Assembly: GCA_025462725.1 (NCBI GenBank)
Contig: JAOAPE010000012.1
Coordinates: forward strand, 233,942-297,941
Length of the DNA stretch: 64,000 bases
Direction: 5' to 3'
Origin: Terriglobales bacterium
GTDB lineage: Bacteria > Acidobacteriota > Terriglobia > Terriglobales > Acidobacteriaceae
The number at the start of each line of letters is the position of its first letter. Within the stretch, counting starts at the first letter, position 1. A program made the position numbers and the translations under genes. The notes beneath the pieces are model-generated. The model had not been told where the DNA came from. It did no database searches and saw only the letters and a list, made by a program, of their open reading frames with translations. Below are positions 59,814-64,000 of this stretch, piece after piece.

Positions 59814-61367
59814 TTGAAAACCAAGTTTTTGTTAGCAGCAGGAGTTTTACTCAGTGTGAGCGCGTTTGCTCAGACCAACAATCAAGCCGTTGAACCAATG
59901 GCAACCACACCGGTCTTCCGAGTGAACGTGGTCAGCCGTAGCGTTCAGGCTGTCAATTACCAGCATCGCAATGGAGCAACGAAGGTGGATTTCGCTGGCA
60001 CAGACCTGATGCCGGGCGCGAACGGTCAAGCGAAAGTGGAAAGCAAGAAGGGTTACATCGAAATCGAAGTAGAGTTCGGCAACCTGGTAAAACCAACGAC
60101 ATTCGGTAGCGAGTACCTCACCTACATCATGTGGGCAATCTCGCCTGAAGGCCGTGCGATCAACCTCGGCGAAGTATTGCTAGGCGGCAACAACCGCAGC
60201 AAGCTGGACGTGACCACAGATTTGCAAGCGTTTGCTTTGGTCGTCACTGCGGAACCGTATTATGCAGTGCGTCAGCCCAGCAACGTGGTGGTGATCGAGA
60301 ATGTCATCCGTCCGGACACGAAGGGCGCAACCGAAACGGTACACGCTAAGTACGAATTATTGGAACGTGGCGGATATATCCCTACGGGCTACAAGTTTGA
60401 TCCGGTGGTCACCAATGCCAAATTGCCCTTGGAATTCTTTGAAGCACGCAATGCATTGCGCATAGCGCAGTCTGAAGGCGCGGAAAAATACGCGAGCGAC
60501 AGCTACAAACATGCGGTTGAGTTGATGAACAAGGCCGATGAATATGCGATCCGCAAAGACATGCCGAAGCAGCCACTGACGGCAGTATCGCGGGAAGCAG
60601 TGCAGACTGCTGAAGATGCACGCGCAATCGCAGTAAAGAACATGGGCGAAGAGCGTCTGGCGATGGAGCGTCAGGCATCAGCAGACGCCAACTCCAAAGC
60701 CGATGCTGCCAAGGCACAGGCGGAATCAGATGCAGCTCGGGCACGCAGAGCAGCAGCCAATGCGCGATCTGAAACAGCACAGGCTAAGACGGATCTAGCA
60801 AACAGCCAGGCAGCATCGGCAGATGCGATTGCAGCAGCGCAAGCAGATGCGGAGAAATCCCGTTTAGCAGCGTTGCAGGCGCAGCAGACTGCGGACCAAG
60901 CAGAAAAAGAGAAAGCGGCAATGCGCACAAAGTTGTCGGATCAATTGAACACGATCCTTCAGACACGTGACAGCGCACGCGGGCTTATTGTCAGCATGTC
61001 TGATGTCTTGTTCGATACCGGGAAGTTCTCATTGAAGCCTGGAGCACGCGAGAAGCTGGCAAAGGTCGCCGGCATTCTGCTTTCATATCCGGGACTCAAT
61101 ATCGAAGTCGGCGGCTACACGGACAGCGTGGGAAGCGATGAGCTGAACCAAAAGCTTTCTGACAACCGTGCGGGTTCCGTCCGCGATTACCTTGTGCAAC
61201 AGGGAGTCGCATCGGGGTCAGTAACGTCGAAAGGCTTTGGCGAAACGATGCCAGTGGCCTCCAATGACAACTCTGCAGGACGTCAGCAAAATCGAAGAGT
61301 CGAACTCGTGGTTTCGGGCGAAGTCATCGGACACCCGGTGAACACCACTACAGGAAGCTTGCGCTAA
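59814..61367 (+). CDS. OmpA-family protein with an Ala/Gln-rich coiled-coil linker
   Basis: Signal peptide. C-terminal OmpA domain (LFDTGKFSLKPGA, GYTDSVGSDELNQKLSDNRA, NRRVELVVSG). Confidence 0.85.
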   Translation: MKTKFLLAAGVLLSVSAFAQTNNQAVEPMATTPVFRVNVVSRSVQAVNYQHRNGATKVDFAGTDLMPGANGQAKVESKKGYIEIEVEFGNLVKPTTFGSEYLTYIMWAISPEGRAINLGEVLLGGNNRSKLDVTTDLQAFALVVTAEPYYAVRQPSNVVVIENVIRPDTKGATETVHAKYELLERGGYIPTGYKFDPVVTNAKLPLEFFEARNALRIAQSEGAEKYASDSYKHAVELMNKADEYAIRKDMPKQPLTAVSREAVQTAEDARAIAVKNMGEERLAMERQASADANSKADAAKAQAESDAARARRAAANARSETAQAKTDLANSQAASADAIAAAQADAEKSRLAALQAQQTADQAEKEKAAMRTKLSDQLNTILQTRDSARGLIVSMSDVLFDTGKFSLKPGAREKLAKVAGILLSYPGLNIEVGGYTDSVGSDELNQKLSDNRAGSVRDYLVQQGVASGSVTSKGFGETMPVASNDNSAGRQQNRRVELVVSGEVIGHPVNTTTGSLR

Positions 61368-61377
61368 GTTGATATGA

Positions 61378-61409
61378 GGGAGTCTCGAAATCTTCGAGAC
61401 TCCCTTTTT
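61378..61409 (+). terminator. Rho-independent terminator after the OmpA-family gene
   Basis: Perfect 12-bp stem GGGAGTCTCGAA atc TTCGAGACTCCC followed by TTTTT. Confidence 0.9.
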
Positions 61410-61434
61410 CATTCACAGAAGATAGGAGCTCAAA

Positions 61435-61578
61435 ATGCTTTGGACAATCGTTGCAATTCTGCTGATCCTCTGGCTACTTGGATTCAGCCTTCATATCGGA
61501 GCCGGCCTCATCCACATTCTGCTCGTAGTGGCACTGGTGGTCTTCATTTTCAACATGCTTTCAGGGCGGCGAAACTGA
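61435..61578 (+). CDS. lmo0937-family small membrane protein (47 aa), below the ORF-track cutoff
   Basis: MLWTIVAILLILWLLGFSLHIGAGLIHILLVVALVVFIFNMLSGRRN. AGGAG upstream. Confidence 0.7.
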   Translation: MLWTIVAILLILWLLGFSLHIGAGLIHILLVVALVVFIFNMLSGRRN

Positions 61579-61624
61579 GTGTCTCTCCCTTGATAGAAAG
61601 TCTTGTGAGAGCAGAAAGGCATTT

Positions 61625-61795
61625 ATGTCATTCGGAATCTACATCATTGGTTATCTGATTGTTATCGGCGGACTGATCTACGGAGCCGCAATGCTTCACG
61701 TGCCCACGCAGTGGATCGTGGTCGGTGGAATTGTCGCAATAGGATTAGGGATCTTGACGGGCGTGAAGGCGACACGACAGAAAGACGCCGCGTAA
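61625..61795 (+). CDS. Small two-helix membrane protein (56 aa), below the ORF-track cutoff
   Basis: MSFGIYIIGYLIVIGGLIYGAAMLHVPTQWIVVGGIVAIGLGILTGVKATRQKDAA. Confidence 0.5.
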   Translation: MSFGIYIIGYLIVIGGLIYGAAMLHVPTQWIVVGGIVAIGLGILTGVKATRQKDAA

Positions 61796-61818
61796 TTGCG
61801 GCACTCGGAGGAAGCATT

Positions 61819-62034
61819 ATGAAAAATCTATTTTGGGTCGGAATTGTAGTCCTAATCCTAGGAGTGCTGTCTTTGTTCGTGCCCATTCCGCAGACGCAGC
61901 ACGAAGGCATCAAGGCGGGTGGCCTTTCGATAGGAGTGGAAACGCGCACCGAGGAGAAAGTGTCGCCCATCATTAGTGCGGTCCTGATCCTGGGCGGCGC
62001 TGGGATGGCGATTGGCGCCAAGGCTAAAGCTTAG
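61819..62034 (+). CDS. Small two-helix membrane protein (71 aa)
   Basis: ATG 61819 preceded by GGAGGAAG: MKNLFWVGIVVLILGVLSLFVPIP...ISAVLILGGAGMAIGAKAKA. The track ORF 61711..62034 is the long form. Confidence 0.55.
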   Translation: MKNLFWVGIVVLILGVLSLFVPIPQTQHEGIKAGGLSIGVETRTEEKVSPIISAVLILGGAGMAIGAKAKA

Positions 62035-62058
62035 ATTTATTAGAATCTGATTTCAAGA

Positions 62059-62802
62059 ATGAGGAAACAAATGATTCGCAAAATTGCTTCGTGCGCGTTA
62101 ACTCTTGCACTGTTCAGTTCTTTTATCGGTTGCGCCACAAATAATGAAGCACCGGCTACATCCGCGGCCACGACTCCGGGCGCAACGGCTGCACCCGTTT
62201 CCACACCTGCTGCCTCCAAGCCGGCTTCGACTACGACGAAAACAACTGCTGCAGCTCCCGCGGTTATTCCGGCGGCCAAAGTCTCAACCTCAAAGCTTGT
62301 GTTGCCCTCAGGAACCGTCATTACAGTTCGTCTCAATGACACGTTAGCGTCGAACGTGAGCCAGAGTGGACAAACCTTTACTGCCACAGTGATGGACGCG
62401 ATCCAGGTTGACCAGAAGACGGTCATTGCGAAAGGCGCGACTGCGACAGGAACGGTTGTGGATGCTCAGGCACTTGGCAGGTTCGAAGGCGGAGCTCGTC
62501 TGCAGTTGCGTCTGGATTCGGTCGATGCGAACGGCCATACAGCACGAATCGAAACAGGCATTCTGGAGCGCACTGAAACTGGCAAGGGGAAACGTACGGC
62601 CACGATGATAGGCGGCGGAGCAGCAGCCGGTGCGGTCATCGGAGCACTCGCCGGCGGTGGCAAAGGTGCGGCGATCGGTGCAGGCGCCGGAGCGGCAGCG
62701 GGCACCGGAGGCGCAGCAATAACAGGCAATAAGAACGTTGTGCTTCCGAGCGAATCAGCGTTGAGCTTCAAGACCAGCGCCCCGACAGACTTGAATCGGT
62801 AG
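62059..62802 (+). CDS. Lipoprotein with an Ala/Thr/Pro linker and a C-terminal glycine-zipper segment
   Basis: Lipobox-like LFSSFIGC. C-terminal IGGGAAAGAVIGALAGGGKGAAIGAGAGAAAGTGGAAITG. Confidence 0.65.
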   Translation: MRKQMIRKIASCALTLALFSSFIGCATNNEAPATSAATTPGATAAPVSTPAASKPASTTTKTTAAAPAVIPAAKVSTSKLVLPSGTVITVRLNDTLASNVSQSGQTFTATVMDAIQVDQKTVIAKGATATGTVVDAQALGRFEGGARLQLRLDSVDANGHTARIETGILERTETGKGKRTATMIGGGAAAGAVIGALAGGGKGAAIGAGAGAAAGTGGAAITGNKNVVLPSESALSFKTSAPTDLNR

Positions 62803-62875
62803 TGTAGGGACGCTGCTCTCAGTTCAGTAGGTAGCTTCGCTAAGGCAACATGGAACTGATTCAAGGGAAAATCCA

Positions 62876-63208
62876 ATGACGTTGCATGAATTGCAGTACT
62901 GCCGCTTTTTGTTGAGATGTTTGAAAGACCTTTATGTAGAGAAGTCCGCCATGAGCACGCTTTTGGACACGCACAAGCAATCGGACGAAGCGGCACTCGG
63001 CGATTGGCGGTCAGCCAGTGCTACGATGAGCGCGGATTCCGTTTTCCGCTCTGCTATTGAGGCTAACTTCGCACCACTATTCGAAAAACTGGAGAGCGCT
63101 ATCAACAATGAGGAGCTATTAGCGAGTATGCTTACTAAATGTAAGCTTCCACAGACGAGAGTGGACCAGATCAGAAACCTTCAAGGGAGAATCGATGTCC
63201 AAGTTTAA
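62876..63208 (+). CDS. Hypothetical 110-aa protein
   Basis: First of three abutting small ORFs. No family recognised. Confidence 0.4.
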   Translation: MTLHELQYCRFLLRCLKDLYVEKSAMSTLLDTHKQSDEAALGDWRSASATMSADSVFRSAIEANFAPLFEKLESAINNEELLASMLTKCKLPQTRVDQIRNLQGRIDVQV

Positions 63209-63350
63209 CGGAGACAAGGCAAGACAGAACCTGCGTGACCGGAAACAAGCAAAGATGCGCGTGAGAACCCAGGCACTACGGGCAACAATGAAATCGCCGT
63301 TGAAGACCAACATTACCCCGGAACCCGCCCCGGCAAAGTCAGCGAAATAA
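63195..63350 (+). CDS. Hypothetical highly basic 51-aa protein, below the ORF-track cutoff
   Basis: AGGGAGA SD 5 nt upstream. MSKFNGDKARQNLRDRKQAKMRVRTQALRATMKSPLKTNITPEPAPAKSAK. Overlaps the previous ORF by 14 nt, and its stop abuts the next ATG. Confidence 0.4.
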   Translation: MSKFNGDKARQNLRDRKQAKMRVRTQALRATMKSPLKTNITPEPAPAKSAK

Positions 63351-63566
63351 ATGCCTGCGGAAGCCATTCGATACATCAATAACGAGCCGGCGATCCTCTA
63401 CGGAGGCAATGTCGATTCGGTCATGCTGACGTGCTCAGATTGCGCTGCGGAGTATCGCATTCACTACTCGAACTCGGAAATCCCGCGCATTAATGACTGC
63501 CGCTATTTGGCGGGAGTGCGGATCAACGCGGAACATCCGCAGCATGAGCGAAGCATCCTGCTCTAA
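63351..63566 (+). CDS. Hypothetical 71-aa protein with a CxxC motif
   Basis: The ATG immediately follows the TAA of the previous ORF. Contains TCSDCAAEY. Confidence 0.4.
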   Translation: MPAEAIRYINNEPAILYGGNVDSVMLTCSDCAAEYRIHYSNSEIPRINDCRYLAGVRINAEHPQHERSILL

Positions 63567-64000
63567 TTATTCGTGCAGGACTACGTTGAGCAGTGAGCTG
63601 TGGACTTTGATAGTCCCGTCGTACTCGATGAAGCCCAACTTGCGGAAGCGATTCATGAAGAAACTGACCCGCGAGCGGGTAGTGCCCACCATCTCTGCGA
63701 GTGATTCCTGACTGATCTTGGGAATCACAATCTCAGGTTGGTCTTCTTTTCCAAACTGAGCAAGCTGTAGAAGAACTCGTGCGAGTCGCTTTTCACTGGA
63801 ATTGAAGAGCTGATCGATCAAGTCTTCTTGACTGCGTGCGTTGCGCGCAAGAAGAAACGCTACGAAAACCTCTGAGAAAGCGTGGTCCTCGCTGAGCACA
63901 CGGATCATTTCCTTCTTGCCGATCCTAAGCAACACGCAATCTGACTGCGCGGTGGCGGTCAGCAGCCGAAGGGGATGAGTGGTGGCAATGCAATCTTCGC
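63567..64000 (-). CDS. Crp/Fnr-family transcriptional regulator, C-terminal part (gene runs off the right edge)
   Basis: HTH region SQESLAEMVGTTRSRVSFFMNRFRKLGFI. The frame stays open to base 64000. Confidence 0.8.
   Translation of the reverse strand, partial: EDCIATTHPLRLLTATAQSDCVLLRIGKKEMIRVLSEDHAFSEVFVAFLLARNARSQEDLIDQLFNSSEKRLARVLLQLAQFGKEDQPEIVIPKISQESLAEMVGTTRSRVSFFMNRFRKLGFIEYDGTIKVHSSLLNVVLHE

Noticed and set aside
61711-61818. Longer form of the small membrane protein ORF (107 aa)
   Set aside because: The upstream part overlaps the 56-aa ORF ending at 61795 and is Arg-rich. A GGAGGAAG SD precedes ATG 61819.

Overview
64-kb chromosomal window from a moderately GC-rich bacterium. 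The gene content (Ser/Thr kinase fused to TPR repeats, a giant BNR/Ig-like secreted protein, DUF3300/DUF2950, short periodic REP-like spacers) suggests an acidobacterial (Terriglobia-like) genome, but this is inference only. All family calls come from motif recognition by eye in the supplied translations; no BLAST, HMM or Infernal searches were run. About 1-22 kb is housekeeping: IHF/HU, dcd, tmk-holB, the ffh / rpsP-KH-rimM-trmD-rplS / rnhB block, purA, mutM, a Phd/ParE toxin-antitoxin pair and a ROK glucokinase. 20.9-27.6 kb holds a System I cytochrome c maturation set (ccmABCD plus a detached ccmE), followed by thiC. 29-51 kb is mostly envelope and redox genes: a PSMA-like M28 peptidase, patatin, a Wza-like exporter, OYE, Zn-ADH, AsmA, YihY, an oxdC-DUF1275-DUF4136-DUF3300-DUF2950 block and a DUF305-LVIVD operon. 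51-64 kb looks accessory. It contains two directly repeated tRNA-Phe 3' fragments, a ~1800-aa secreted BNR/Ig-like protein gene, a cluster of very small membrane-protein genes (several below the ORF-track cutoff) and three abutting small ORFs. Most notable observations: (1) the giant gene is broken exactly at two adjacent homopolymer tracts (G7 and G8 in gene orientation), which is either a phase-variation-type switch or a homopolymer sequencing error; (2) tRNA-Phe 3' remnants as direct repeats, the footprint of integrative element(s), with no intact tRNA or integrase in the window; (3) CcmE carries Cys in place of the heme-binding His (CXXXY, variant System I); (4) two genes (ccmA and a secreted protein) whose conserved N-termini lie upstream of any in-frame ATG/GTG/TTG; (5) REP-like periodic repeats filling a 216-bp gap inside the ccm operon and forming an inverted pair in the ccmE/thiC spacer, where I could not recognise a TPP riboswitch. 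I found no CRISPR array, rRNA, intact tRNA, transposase or integrase. I did not identify a clearly novel multi-gene system; the candidates above are leads, not demonstrations.
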